From assembly GCA_040386535.1 (NCBI GenBank), contig JAZKFH010000042.1, positions 32,001 through 96,000 on the forward strand: a stretch of 64,000 bases of DNA, written 5' to 3'. Of this stretch, positions 10,857 through 21,457 are shown piece after piece. Below the pieces are notes generated by a model that saw only the letters and a program-made list of their open reading frames with translations, ran no database searches and had not been told where the DNA came from. Each line of letters begins with the position of its first letter. The stretch's first letter is position 1. The DNA is from Myxococcota bacterium. GTDB lineage: Bacteria > Myxococcota_A > UBA796 > SXON01. Made by a program: the position numbers and the translations under genes.

Positions 10857-12068
10857 CTACCGCGCCAGGGCCCCCGACCGGCCGGCCTCGAGCAGCGCCT
10901 GCGCCACGTCCGACCGCCAGGGGGGCAGGTTGTCACACCCGCGCACGTCCGGCGGCACGGTCCGTTCGGTCACGATCTCGGCGAAGCTGAGCTCGGGCTC
11001 GAAGTCGAAGCGCAAATCCCCGACGACGATCCGCTCCCCATCGCCGTCCCAGAAGGGTGCGCGCGCGAAGTGGAGGAAGGCGTCCACCCGGCACGACTCG
11101 GCGGCGAGGGCGGCGAGCTGGCCGACCGGCGCGACGAAGCGGCCGCCCCACACCACCGCAGCGTCGCTCGTAAGGTCGGGGTCGGCCATGGGCGCCGTCC
11201 GCGCGGCCGCGGGCCGCAGATCACACGCCGACGGGCTGGTGAGCGCCGGCGCCTGCGAGTACACCACGCTCCGGGCGTGGTAGTACGTCGTGTCGCGCGA
11301 GAGCACGAAGCCCTGCCAGCACCACGGTGTTGCCGGGCGGGGCGAGAGCACCACGTCGAGCACGACCTCGTCGGGGCGAGCCGCGCCGAACCGGGCGCGC
11401 AGCTCCGCGTCCGCGAGCCGGCTGGCCGCGCCGAACCCCACGAGCACGGCCGCCGTGAGGATCGCGGGCACCCCGACCCGGTCCCACCGCGCCTGGACCG
11501 CGCCGAGCGCGAGCACCGCCAGCGCCCACACCACCCCCGCGAGCGGCCCCAGCCCGACCGCCGTGATCCCCGCCAACACGAGCCCCAGCACCCCGAGGCC
11601 GATGCGTACGCCGCGCCGCGCCGCCGTCGTGAACGCGAGCGGGAGCAGCGCGAGCCAGAGCAGCGGCTCGAGGATGAAGATCATGTCCCCGTAGTGCCAG
11701 GCGTCCTCGAACGGCCAGAACGGGTGCACTCCGTAGCTGTTCCACGCGTCCGCCCCGATGTGGACGAACGCGCCGACCAGCGCGAGCCCGAAGAGCGGCA
11801 GCGGACGCGCCTCCGGATCCCGCCAGCGCGCGATCGCGGCGCATCCGAGCGCGAGCAGCGCGGCGCCCACGAGGGTGTGGGTGTGGCCGCGATGGTGCAC
11901 CAGGTACCCGAGCCGGGTGTCCTCGAAGAACGGGCTCAGCACGAGGTCGATGTCGGGCGCCTCGGAGGCGAGGATGGCGGCCCAGAGCGCCCCCCGGAGC
12001 GAGCCCACCCACGGCAGGGCGGCCCGCGCGAGCAGCACGCCGATCAGCGCGTGGGTCACGTTGTCCAT
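10857..12068 (-). CDS. Membrane-bound metal-dependent hydrolase (YdjM/DUF457-like)
   Basis: MDNVTH, PDID, HRGHTH, HIGAD..NSYGVHPFWP motifs; multiple TM segments. Confidence 0.85.
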   Translation of the reverse strand: MDNVTHALIGVLLARAALPWVGSLRGALWAAILASEAPDIDLVLSPFFEDTRLGYLVHHRGHTHTLVGAALLALGCAAIARWRDPEARPLPLFGLALVGAFVHIGADAWNSYGVHPFWPFEDAWHYGDMIFILEPLLWLALLPLAFTTAARRGVRIGLGVLGLVLAGITAVGLGPLAGVVWALAVLALGAVQARWDRVGVPAILTAAVLVGFGAASRLADAELRARFGAARPDEVVLDVVLSPRPATPWCWQGFVLSRDTTYYHARSVVYSQAPALTSPSACDLRPAAARTAPMADPDLTSDAAVVWGGRFVAPVGQLAALAAESCRVDAFLHFARAPFWDGDGERIVVGDLRFDFEPELSFAEIVTERTVPPDVRGCDNLPPWRSDVAQALLEAGRSGALAR

Positions 12069-12134
12069 CCCCGCCGCTTAGCCCGCCGCGCCCGGATTGA
12101 GCGCGGCGGGCAGCCCCCCGATGCAGCGCCCCGG

Positions 12135-13094
12135 TCAGCCCCCCGCGACCACCCACGGAAACTCCGCCACCTCGGCGTCGAGCGACTTCGGGAAGCTCAT
12201 CGCGCGCACGGCGCCCACCACACACGCGCCGAGCGAGGGATCCGCCGTGGTGTTGTCGACCAGAAGCGGCTCGACGACGCGCCCGCCTCGGATCGTCCAG
12301 GACACGCTGACGCGCCCGCTCACGGTCGGATCCGCCTTGAGCGACCGCTCCAGGCACGTCACGATACGCCCCTGCGAGGCGCGCACCGTCCGCGCGATCA
12401 GCGCGGCGTCGCCCCCCGCGGTCACGGTCGTCTCCGGAGCCTGGGCCTCCACACGCGCCCGGATCGTCGGCGCCGCGGCGTCTCCGGTCCCGACGGCCCC
12501 GCCCCCGCCCAACCCCACGCCGACGGACAGGTCGCGCTCCCGCGCCATCTGCCGCATGCCGCCGTCCAACGTCGCCTCCCGCGTCCCCGTCACCCCATCG
12601 AGCGCCTGCTGGAGGCCCGGATCGTCCTTGTCGCCCAGGATCGCGTCCAGCGGGCTCGTCCCCGCGCCCAGCGTGCCAATCCACTCGTCCAGCAACACGC
12701 GGGGGCGAGCCGCCGTCGGGTCCGCTGGGGCGCTCTCCGTCGTTTCCGCGGAGGGTGCGCGGCCGGGCCCCCGGGCGCGCCCCTGCACGATCATCGGCAC
12801 GGGAATCGGCACCGGCGGCGCCTCCAACGCGAGCCGGACGGGCGGCGGCAGATCCCGCACCAGCCCCGCCGCGTCGGCGTCGACGAGGAGCGGCTCCGGC
12901 GGAGGCGTCATCACGACCCAGGCCCAGAACAGGCCCGCCGCCAGCGACAGGACGGTCAGGATCCCCACGAACAGGGGCTCGTCCACGGGCCCGGAGGCCG
13001 GGGAGCGGCTGGGCGTGGGGCGGGTCGGGCGGGGCGCGGGCGGGGGGTGCGCACCCGGAAGCACCGCGGCGGTCGGCGACAGATGGACGGGCAT
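12135..13094 (-). CDS. AgmX/PglI (TonB-C-like) C-terminal domain membrane protein
   Basis: Single TM, Pro-rich linker, C-terminal I..CLERSLK.DP.VSGRV.V.W.I...C....F..FP.V signature. Confidence 0.7.
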   Translation of the reverse strand: MPVHLSPTAAVLPGAHPPPAPRPTRPTPSRSPASGPVDEPLFVGILTVLSLAAGLFWAWVVMTPPPEPLLVDADAAGLVRDLPPPVRLALEAPPVPIPVPMIVQGRARGPGRAPSAETTESAPADPTAARPRVLLDEWIGTLGAGTSPLDAILGDKDDPGLQQALDGVTGTREATLDGGMRQMARERDLSVGVGLGGGGAVGTGDAAAPTIRARVEAQAPETTVTAGGDAALIARTVRASQGRIVTCLERSLKADPTVSGRVSVSWTIRGGRVVEPLLVDNTTADPSLGACVVGAVRAMSFPKSLDAEVAEFPWVVAGG

Positions 13095-13245
13095 GAAAAC
13101 CTCGACCCCATCCACGACAGCGAGCGTACGGTCCAGTTCCCGCCCTGTAAGGCGCGTGTATGTGTAAGTGGCGCGACCTCGACACGACTCCTTCCTCAGC
13201 CATCTGTTCGAAGTTCCGGTAGACTGTTCGGCTCGGAGGCCCCCC

Positions 13246-15246
13246 ATGCCACACACCGGCATCCTCACCTTGCTCCTGCTCTCGGCCTGCACAGGCAAAG
13301 AAGGCCCGGGCACCGAAGACCCCGTGATCATCGAGTACGTCGACTCGGACGGCGACACCATCGTCGACCTTCACGAGGGCTACGTCGACGAGACGACCGC
13401 GGAGGACGGGGTCACCTCCGCCGACACCGATGGGGACGGCACGCCCGACTACCTCGACGAGGACAGTGATGGCGACGGCGTCTCCGACGCCGACGAGGCG
13501 GGGGACACCGATCCGCTCACCCTGCCGTGGGACACGGACGGGGACGGCGAGAAGGACTTCCACGACCTCGATGCGGACGGCAACTGCATCCAGGACGAGG
13601 ACGAGCCGAACGAGGACCTCGACGACGACGGCCTGAAGTCGTTCTCCGACCTGGACGACGACGGGGACGGCATCTCCGACTACCACGAGATCGGCGCCGA
13701 GTGCGGTCTCCCGGACTCCGACGGGGACGGCACGGCCGACTACCTCGACGATGACTCCGACGGCGACGGCGTGGCCGACCTGTACGAAGCGGGCACGTCC
13801 GCCTTCGAGGACGCCCCGCGCGACACCGATGCCGACGGCGTGCCCGACTACCTCGACAGCGACTCCGACGGCGACGGGTTCACCGACGCCGACGAGGCCG
13901 GCCGGGACAGGGACGAGCCCCGGGACACCGACGGGGACGGCAGCTACGACTTCGCCGACAGCGACAGCGATGGCGACGGCATCTCCGACGCCGAGGAGGC
14001 CGCCGCCGGGTACGACCCGTACGACAACGACTCCGACGGCGACGGCTTCACCGACGGCGCCGAGGTGGCGGCGGGCACCAACCCGATGGACGAGACGTCG
14101 ATCATCTCCGGCCTCTACGTCACCGTGCCGGAGCGCCAGTCCATCGAGGAGACGTTCAACTTCGAATTGAGCGTCCAGATGGGCGACGTGGCGTTCCTCC
14201 TCGACACGACCTGCTCGATGTCGACCACCCTCTCGGGCATGTCGGGCGAGTTCTCCCGCATCGTGTCGGAGCTCGCGTCGACCCTCCCCGACGCCCAGTA
14301 CGGCGTTGCGTCCTTCGACGACTACAACTACACCGGCTTCGGCACCTCCGGGGACAAACCCTTCGAGCTCGTGCAGCAGGTGACCGCGAACACCTCGACG
14401 GTGCAAGCGGCGCTCACCGGCCTGCGCATCCACAACGGAGGTGACGGCCCCGAGAGCTCCACCGAAGCGCTGTACCAAGCGCTCACCGGCGCCGGGTACG
14501 ACCAGAACTGCGACGGGCGCTACACCAACAACGCCGACGTGTTGCCCTTCTACTCGACGGGCGCCGACCCCTTCGGCGGTGCCGGGGGCCAGTCCTCCGA
14601 CGGATCGGGCACGGGCACCATCGGCGGGATGGGGTTCCGCGACTACTCGCTTCCCATCATCGTCTACGCCACCGACAACTACATGCGCGACCCCGATTCT
14701 TCCGACCGGACCTACAACGGCACGCCCGGCGGCTGCCCGGGCGACGCCGGGATGAGCGACGTGGTCACCGCCACGAACGACGTGGGCGCGCTCCTCATCG
14801 GCATCAACGTCTCGTCGTTCGGCAGCGAGCTGCCCGTGTCGCAGATGAACACGCTTGCCACGCGCACCAACTCCCTCGCCGACACCGACGGCGACGGCGC
14901 GGCGGACGACAAGCTGGTGTTCACCTGGACCGGCTCGAGCACTACCCTGCGCACGACCATCGTCAACGCGATCGCGGACGCCGTGAGCTCCGTCCAGTTC
15001 GACAACGTGTCCCTCCTCGTCGCGGGCGACGAGCACGGCTTCGTGTCCGACATCGAGCCCGCCAGCTACGCGATGTCCGGCTCGCCCGACGGCGAGTCGG
15101 TCGAGTTCACGCTCAACTTCCGCGGCGCCGTGGCGGCCCAGGCGGAGGACCAGATCTTCCTCGTCACCCTGAACGTCGTGGGGGACGGCACCGTCCTGCT
15201 CGACACCCTCGACATCTACGTCGTCGTCCCCGGGAGCGGCTCCTGA
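13246..15246 (+). CDS. Lipoprotein with Ca-binding DxDGDG repeats and a vWA domain
   Basis: Lipobox LLSAC; many DSDGDG.PDYLD repeats; MIDAS-like FLLDTTCSM, GGDGPE, IIVYATD; GGAGG RBS. Confidence 0.85.
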   Translation: MPHTGILTLLLLSACTGKEGPGTEDPVIIEYVDSDGDTIVDLHEGYVDETTAEDGVTSADTDGDGTPDYLDEDSDGDGVSDADEAGDTDPLTLPWDTDGDGEKDFHDLDADGNCIQDEDEPNEDLDDDGLKSFSDLDDDGDGISDYHEIGAECGLPDSDGDGTADYLDDDSDGDGVADLYEAGTSAFEDAPRDTDADGVPDYLDSDSDGDGFTDADEAGRDRDEPRDTDGDGSYDFADSDSDGDGISDAEEAAAGYDPYDNDSDGDGFTDGAEVAAGTNPMDETSIISGLYVTVPERQSIEETFNFELSVQMGDVAFLLDTTCSMSTTLSGMSGEFSRIVSELASTLPDAQYGVASFDDYNYTGFGTSGDKPFELVQQVTANTSTVQAALTGLRIHNGGDGPESSTEALYQALTGAGYDQNCDGRYTNNADVLPFYSTGADPFGGAGGQSSDGSGTGTIGGMGFRDYSLPIIVYATDNYMRDPDSSDRTYNGTPGGCPGDAGMSDVVTATNDVGALLIGINVSSFGSELPVSQMNTLATRTNSLADTDGDGAADDKLVFTWTGSSTTLRTTIVNAIADAVSSVQFDNVSLLVAGDEHGFVSDIEPASYAMSGSPDGESVEFTLNFRGAVAAQAEDQIFLVTLNVVGDGTVLLDTLDIYVVVPGSGS

Positions 15247-16304
15247 TGCGCACCTCCATCGCCTTGTTGACCCTCCTCTCCGCCTGCGCGAGCGACCGCG
15301 AATTCAAGCGTGTCGAGGACTACGGCGGCATCTACGAGAGCACGCTCACGGGCCGCGTGTGTGACGCGGACAGCGGTCGCTGGCTCGAGGGCGCCGTCGT
15401 CTACACACACATCGTGAACGACGCGGACGAGCTCATCGGCACCAAGGAGACCTACACCGGCGCCGACGGCACCTGGTCGCTCGACGAGCTCCGCGGCGAC
15501 CAGACCTACACGGTCTACGTGCAGTACGGCAACGAGATCATCGACATGTTCAACGTCGAGGTCCCGGACAACCAGGAGGTGCAGGTGCCCATGCCCGCGT
15601 GCGGCGCGGAGCTCGGCCGCGTGGCGGTCATCACCGGCAACTACGACGACTGGGAGAGCGTCCTGGCCGACGTGGGGGTCACCAACTACGAGCTCATCAA
15701 CGGCCTCACCGGGGACGAGCTCGGCCAGTTCCTCTCCGGCTCCGAGAACCTCGCCGAGTTCGGCGCGTTGTTCTTCGCGGGCGGCCACATCGAAGAGGAC
15801 GTGCTCTACGACACCGACGGCAGCGACGCCGCCGGCACCGTGACCGCCGTGCGCACCGCCGTGCGGGACTTCGTGTCCAACGGCGGCTTCGTGTACGCGT
15901 CGGACTGGTCGTACGACGTCATCGAGCTCTGCTGGCCCGACCGCATCGACTTTCTCGGGGACGACGAGGAGCCCGACGCCGCCCAGCTCGGCGAGCCCGA
16001 CACCGTGCGCTCCACCATCGTGGACGACGATCTCGAGGCGTCCATCGGCGGCGACCGCGTGGACGTGAGCTTCGACCTCGACACGTGGCCCGTCATCGAG
16101 AGCGTGGACGAGAACGTGACCGTGTACCAGCAGGCGGAGGAGGTCGGTTACCGCGAGGGCACCGAACAGCGCACCCAGACCGACGCCCCGCTGCTCGTCT
16201 CGTTCAGCCCGGACGACGGCCACGTCGTCTTCTCCAGCTGGCGCGTCGCGGCGAACCTCGAGGGCCGCGGGCCCGGCGTCATGCGGTTCGTGCTCGAGAA
16301 GTAG
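15246..16304 (+). CDS. Lipoprotein with carboxypeptidase-regulatory-like (Ig) domain and alpha/beta C-terminal domain
   Basis: Lipobox LLSAC; LTGRVCD..SG..LEGA.V; 1-nt overlap with upstream stop. Confidence 0.7.
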   Translation: MRTSIALLTLLSACASDREFKRVEDYGGIYESTLTGRVCDADSGRWLEGAVVYTHIVNDADELIGTKETYTGADGTWSLDELRGDQTYTVYVQYGNEIIDMFNVEVPDNQEVQVPMPACGAELGRVAVITGNYDDWESVLADVGVTNYELINGLTGDELGQFLSGSENLAEFGALFFAGGHIEEDVLYDTDGSDAAGTVTAVRTAVRDFVSNGGFVYASDWSYDVIELCWPDRIDFLGDDEEPDAAQLGEPDTVRSTIVDDDLEASIGGDRVDVSFDLDTWPVIESVDENVTVYQQAEEVGYREGTEQRTQTDAPLLVSFSPDDGHVVFSSWRVAANLEGRGPGVMRFVLEK

Positions 16305-16369
16305 GAGTTCGAGCAGGAGATCATGGGGCGGGGGGCGAGCCCCCCGCAACGCCCCCCGATCCAAGTAGA

Positions 16370-18610
16370 CTATCGGCCCGGCCGCCAACGCCGCAACAAC
16401 AGCGCGTTGGTCACCACCGACACGCTGGAGAGCGCCATGGCCGCGCCGGCGAACACCGGCGTGAGGAAGCCGAACGCGGCGAGCGGCAGGCCCACCACGT
16501 TGTAGACGAACGCCCAGAACAGGTTCTGGCGGATCTTGCGCGACGTGGCCCGGCTGATGGTGATCGCGTCGGCCACGAGATCGGGGTCGGGGCGCATGAG
16601 CGTGACCCCCGCGGTGTGCTTGGCAACGTCGGTGCCCGTGGGCATGGCGAACCCCACGTCGGCCGCGGCGAGGGCGGGCGCGTCGTTCACGCCATCTCCA
16701 ACCATGGCGACCACGTGGCCGCCGGCGCGCAGGGCCTGGACCTCGCGCGCCTTGTCCTGGGGGAGCACCTCGGCGATGACGCGCGGGATGCCGAGCGCCC
16801 GCGCCACGACCTCGGCGGTGGCGCGGTTGTCGCCGGTGAGCAGCACGGGCGCGATGCCCATCCGCACGAGCCGCGCGATGGCGGCCGCCGCGCCCTCCCG
16901 GATGCGGTCGGCGACCACGATGGCGCCCAGCAGGCGCTCCCCCTCGGCCACCCACATGACCGAGGCGCCCTCGGCCTCAGCGGCGGCGGCGCGCGCCTGG
17001 AGTGTGGCGATGTCGATGCTGCGCTCGGTCATCAGGCGCCGGCTGCCGATGAGCAGGCTCCGCCCCGCCACGAACGCCTCCAGCCCGCGTCCCGGCAACG
17101 CCGCGAACCGATCGAGGGCCTCCAGCCGCAGCCCCCGGGCCGCCGCCGCGCGGATCACCGCGCCCGCCAACGGATGTTCACTCCCGCCCTGCGCGGCCGC
17201 CGCGAGCGCGAGCAGCGCGTCCTCGCTCCCCTCCCCCCCCACGTCGGCCGAGGCAACGGTCACGAGCACCTCGCGCACCTCGGGCCGCCCCTCGGTGAGC
17301 GTGCCGGTCTTGTCGAAGACCACCACGTTGACCGCGTGCGCGCGCTCCAACGCCACCGCGTCCTTGATGAGGATGCCTGCCCGCGCGGCCGCGCCGGTGC
17401 CCACCATCAGCGCTGTCGGCGTCGCGAGCCCGAGCGCGCACGGACACGCGATGACGAGCACGCTCACGGCGTTCACGATGGCCTGCTCGATGGGCGCGCC
17501 CCCAACGAGCCACCACCCGACGAACGTGACCGCCGCGATTGCGATCACCACCGGCACGAACACCGCGGAGACGCGGTCCACCAGCTGCTGGATGGGCGCC
17601 TTGGCGGCCTGGGCGTCCTCCACGAGCGCCACGATGCGGGAGAGCGTGCTCTCCGCGCCCACCGTGGTCGCCTCGACGTGCAGCAGGCCGTCTCCGTTGA
17701 GGGAGCCGCCCACCACGGGCTGACCGACGCCGCGGCCCACCGGCAGGCTCTCGCCGGTCAACATCGACTCGTCCAGCTGGCTCTCGCCGCGCACGATCGT
17801 CCCGTCCACCGGCACCCGCTCCCCGGGCTTGACCACCACCACGCGCCCCCGCCCGACGGCCTCGGCGGGCACCTCGACCTCCAGCCCGTTCGTGAGCACC
17901 CGCGCCGTGGCCGGCCGCAGCTCCATGAGCGCGCGGATCGCCCGCGTGGTCGAACGTTTCGCGCGCTCCTCGAGGTACTTGCCGAGCCGGACCAGCGTGA
18001 TGACCGCCGCCGCGCTCTCGAAGTACAGGGCGCCCCCGCTCGCCAGCATCGCGAGCGACAACACGAACGCCGCGGTGGTGCCGAGCGCGACGAGCAGGTC
18101 CATGTTGGCGGAGCCGGCACGGAGCGCGCCCCAGGCGCCCCGGTAGAACCGCGCGCCCGCCACGAGCTGCACCGGCGTCGCGAGGAGGAGCTGCACCCAC
18201 CCCGGCGGCATCCAGTGGAAGCCGAGCGGATGGCCGACCATCGGGAGCACCAGCGGCACGGTGAGCGCGGCGGCGCCGATCAGGACTGCGAGATCGCGCC
18301 GGGCGTGCGTGGCCTCCACGGCCTCGGCGGCGGCGCGCGAGGCGGCGTCGGTCGGCGCCGGTGCCGCGGTGTACCCCGCGGCCTCCACCGCTCGCACCAG
18401 GGCGGGCACGTCGATGGCGCCGGGGGTGTACGCGACCGTCGCCACCTCCGTCGCGAGGTTCACCTGCACGGTCGTCACGCCCGCCTTGCGCCCGAGCACC
18501 TTCTCGATGCGCTGTGCGCAGGTGGCGCAGGTCATGCCGCCGATGGCGAGCCGTGCGGTCTGGAGCGGGGCGGGCTCGGGAGCGGGACGGGCAGAGGGAG
18601 TGGCTTCCAT
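16370..18610 (-). CDS. copA: Copper-translocating P1B-type ATPase
   Basis: [45 protein letters not shown] and MALSS motifs. Confidence 0.93.
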   Translation of the reverse strand: MEATPSARPAPEPAPLQTARLAIGGMTCATCAQRIEKVLGRKAGVTTVQVNLATEVATVAYTPGAIDVPALVRAVEAAGYTAAPAPTDAASRAAAEAVEATHARRDLAVLIGAAALTVPLVLPMVGHPLGFHWMPPGWVQLLLATPVQLVAGARFYRGAWGALRAGSANMDLLVALGTTAAFVLSLAMLASGGALYFESAAAVITLVRLGKYLEERAKRSTTRAIRALMELRPATARVLTNGLEVEVPAEAVGRGRVVVVKPGERVPVDGTIVRGESQLDESMLTGESLPVGRGVGQPVVGGSLNGDGLLHVEATTVGAESTLSRIVALVEDAQAAKAPIQQLVDRVSAVFVPVVIAIAAVTFVGWWLVGGAPIEQAIVNAVSVLVIACPCALGLATPTALMVGTGAAARAGILIKDAVALERAHAVNVVVFDKTGTLTEGRPEVREVLVTVASADVGGEGSEDALLALAAAAQGGSEHPLAGAVIRAAAARGLRLEALDRFAALPGRGLEAFVAGRSLLIGSRRLMTERSIDIATLQARAAAAEAEGASVMWVAEGERLLGAIVVADRIREGAAAAIARLVRMGIAPVLLTGDNRATAEVVARALGIPRVIAEVLPQDKAREVQALRAGGHVVAMVGDGVNDAPALAAADVGFAMPTGTDVAKHTAGVTLMRPDPDLVADAITISRATSRKIRQNLFWAFVYNVVGLPLAAFGFLTPVFAGAAMALSSVSVVTNALLLRRWRPGR

Positions 18611-18867
18611 GGCCCACCTCTACTAAGCACGCGGCGCCGCTCGCGACGGCCACGCGCGTGTAGAACGTCCCGCGGAGTCGCGCCGTGTCAAATGTTCCAC
18701 ATCCAACACAGGGGTGCTGACGCTGGCTCGGCCCAACTTTTCACCGTCCAACCCCGCCCGTCGGGCCCCGACCCCAAAGCGCCGCTCCATCCGACCGCGA
18801 AAGTCGTAGCTGTTCGGCGTTCGCCTGCCTAGTATACGGGCCGCCCACCTTTCCCAGGATCGCACCG

Positions 18868-20274
18868 ATGCGTATCTCCCTGCTGCTCGCGTCCCTCGTC
18901 ACCCTCCCGTTGATCGCCTGCTCGGGCGACAAGTCCGAAGACACGGACGAGCCGGCCGATACGGACACCGACACCGATACGGACACCGACACCGACACGG
19001 ACACCGACACCGACACCGATACGGACACCGACACCGACATCGGGACCGACTCCTCGCTCCGGGTGATCCACCTCTCCCCCGACGCGCCGCCCCTGCACGT
19101 GTACACGAACGACGGCGAGACGCCCGTGTACTCCGACCTCACGTTCCAGATGGGGTCGGAGGCGGTCATCATGATCCCCGGGCCCATCAGCCTGCAGGTG
19201 GTGCCCACCGGCTCCCCCGACCGCACGGCCCTCGTCGACGTCGACTACACGCTGGTGACCGCCACGGCGTACACCGCGGTCGTCTACGGGCGCACCAACG
19301 GCATCAGCTCCGTCCTCCTCGAGGACAACGGCGCCGGCATCGAGGCGGGCAACGTGCGCCTGCAGTTCGTGCAGGCCGCCGCTGACCTCGCCCTCGTGGA
19401 CATCGTGGAGATCCCCGCCGGCACGATGCTCGCGGACAACCTGGCCCTCGGGACCAGCATCTCGTTCGACCGGCTCGCGGGCGCCCTGGCCCTCGGCGTC
19501 GACCGGAACGACGACGGGACGCCCGACTACCGCTTCACGGTGCCGGCGCTCGCCGGCGGCGCGGCGTACAACGTGTACGTGGTCACGACGGGCACCGCCA
19601 CGCCGTTCCTCCTCATCCAGTCGCCCGACGACAGCGTCGTGCGCATCGACACGGACGCGGAGCCCCCCACCTCCCGGGTGCGTGTCCTGCACGTCTCGCC
19701 CGACAGCTCGCCGCTCGACGTGTTCGTCGACGCGGGCGCCACCGCGAGCTTCAGCGGCCTCGCCTACGGGGCAGGCAGCATCTACGGCGTCTTCCCCCCG
19801 GGCGCGCACACCTTCGCGCTCTCGGCGACGGGCGGCACCGCGGAGGACGCGATCGTGTCCCTGCCCGAGCAGACCTTCGCGGACGCCACCCGCTATTCCA
19901 TCGTCGCCTACGGGCCCGCCGCGGCCCTCGCGGCGCTCACCCTGGTGGACGACTACAGCGGCATCACCGCGGGCAACGTGCGCCTCCAGCTCGCGCACAC
20001 CGCCTACGAGGTCGGCTCGGTCGACGTGTACGCGGACGGCACGCGGATCGTAGACGAGCTCGCCTACGGCGCCAGCGCGTCGGTCGACATCGTGTCCGCC
20101 GCGCTCGCCATCGGCATCGACACGAACGATGACGGCACGGCCGAGTTGAGCTTCACGCTTCCCGTGCTCGGCGTGGACACGCTCGTGAACGTGTACGCCG
20201 TGGCGGACGACGCCGGCGTGTACCTGCTCGCGCAGACCGCGGACGGCATGGAGACGGTCATCCTGCCCGACTGA
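18868..20274 (+). CDS. DUF4397-domain lipoprotein (tandem repeats) with Asp-Thr linker
   Basis: Lipobox LIAC; repeated LRVIHLSPDAP / VRVLHVSPD motifs. Confidence 0.85.
   Translation: MRISLLLASLVTLPLIACSGDKSEDTDEPADTDTDTDTDTDTDTDTDTDTDTDTDTDIGTDSSLRVIHLSPDAPPLHVYTNDGETPVYSDLTFQMGSEAVIMIPGPISLQVVPTGSPDRTALVDVDYTLVTATAYTAVVYGRTNGISSVLLEDNGAGIEAGNVRLQFVQAAADLALVDIVEIPAGTMLADNLALGTSISFDRLAGALALGVDRNDDGTPDYRFTVPALAGGAAYNVYVVTTGTATPFLLIQSPDDSVVRIDTDAEPPTSRVRVLHVSPDSSPLDVFVDAGATASFSGLAYGAGSIYGVFPPGAHTFALSATGGTAEDAIVSLPEQTFADATRYSIVAYGPAAALAALTLVDDYSGITAGNVRLQLAHTAYEVGSVDVYADGTRIVDELAYGASASVDIVSAALAIGIDTNDDGTAELSFTLPVLGVDTLVNVYAVADDAGVYLLAQTADGMETVILPD
18958..19038 (+). repeat. Hexamer (GAC/GAT ACC/ACG) tandem repeat encoding poly-(Asp-Thr)
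   Basis: About 13 consecutive DT codon pairs. Confidence 0.9.
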
Positions 20275-20332
20275 CCCACGGTGACGGACCCGGGTTCGGC
20301 GGCGGCGCACACCACGCGTTAGCCGCCGGCCC

Positions 20333-21457
20333 ATGTCCCCCGCCCTGTTGTTGACCGCCCTCGTGAGCACCGCCGGCGGCATCGTCACGCACGGGATCTT
20401 CTTCCTGGCGCACGCGGCCTACGGCTTCGGCGACGTCGACAACCTCTGGCTCGCCGTCGCGCTTTTCGTGCCCTACGTGCCCGCCGCGCTGCTCGCCGGC
20501 AAGGCGGCGCGCCGGTTCGGGACGCGCCGCGCGTTGATCGGCGCCAACCTGCTGATGATCCTCGCGGGCATCGTGCTGGCCACCCGCCCGCCGGAGCTCG
20601 GGCTCTGGATCGCCGCGCCGCTGTACAACGGCGCCGCCGGCCTGTTCTGGCCGCTGGTGGAGGGGTACATCGCGGGGGGCCGGCACGGGCCGGGGCTGCA
20701 CCGCGCGATCGGCACCTTCAACCTGACGTGGTCGGCCACGCTCGCGCCCGCGCTCTGGATCGTCGGCTTCGCGGGAGACGACCTCCTCACCACCTTCAGC
20801 GTGCTGCTCGCCTTGCACGCCGTCGGCGCCGTGGCCATCACGCGCCTCCCGGCGGATCCGGCGCCGCTCGACCACGCCGCCGCGGCCCCCGTCGGCCTCG
20901 ACTACCCCCTGTTGTTGTGGTCGAGCCGCGTCATCCTCCCGCTCGGCTACCTCCTCCTCGACGCGCTCTCGCCGCTCCTCCCCGGCGTGTGGGCGCGCGC
21001 GGGCGTCACCGGCGCGATGGCCGCGGTGTTGTCCTCCACCTGGATGGTGGCCCGCTTCTTCGTGTTCGTGCTGCTCTCGCGCTGGGCGGGCTGGCGTGGG
21101 CGCCCGGCGTTGCTCGCGGTCGGCGCGTTCGTGATGCTCACGAGCTTCGCGCTCGCCCTCGGCGGCGGCGACGCGTGGGTGGTGCTCGCGGGCCTCGCCG
21201 CCTTCGGCATCGGCCAGGGCGCCGTGTACTACGCGGCGCTCTACTACGGCATGGCCGTCGGACACGGCGAGGTCGAGTCGGGCGGCCGCCACGAGGCGGT
21301 CATCGGGCTCGGCTACCTGGGCGGGCCCGCGCTCGCGCTCGTCGGGCTCGCGGTGGGCGTCGCGCCGATCCACGCCGTCGGGACCGTCGCCACGCTCGGC
21401 ATCGCGGCGGGGCTGGCCCCGTGGGCCCGGCGGGCGGCGCGGGTGGTCAGGGAGTAG
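20333..21457 (+). CDS. MFS transporter
   Basis: About 12 hydrophobic segments; GKAARRFGTRR motif-A-like loop. Confidence 0.75.
   Translation: MSPALLLTALVSTAGGIVTHGIFFLAHAAYGFGDVDNLWLAVALFVPYVPAALLAGKAARRFGTRRALIGANLLMILAGIVLATRPPELGLWIAAPLYNGAAGLFWPLVEGYIAGGRHGPGLHRAIGTFNLTWSATLAPALWIVGFAGDDLLTTFSVLLALHAVGAVAITRLPADPAPLDHAAAAPVGLDYPLLLWSSRVILPLGYLLLDALSPLLPGVWARAGVTGAMAAVLSSTWMVARFFVFVLLSRWAGWRGRPALLAVGAFVMLTSFALALGGGDAWVVLAGLAAFGIGQGAVYYAALYYGMAVGHGEVESGGRHEAVIGLGYLGGPALALVGLAVGVAPIHAVGTVATLGIAAGLAPWARRAARVVRE

Noticed and set aside
11221..15036. Very long antisense/alternate-frame ORFs (also 15599-18832, 24851-27769, most of 42871-46845, 58824-62156)
   Set aside because: Shadow ORFs typical of high-GC DNA that overlap well-supported genes; only the last 113 codons of 42871-46845 look real
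16323..16357. GC hairpin between convergent genes as an intrinsic terminator
   Set aside because: No U-tract on either strand; cannot be told apart from background hairpins at this GC content
18611..18867. Possible CueR/CsoR operator or ncRNA upstream of copA (TTGACA on the minus strand near 18686-18691)
   Set aside because: No convincing -10 at 17-19 nt, no clear operator palindrome and no recognisable RNA motif
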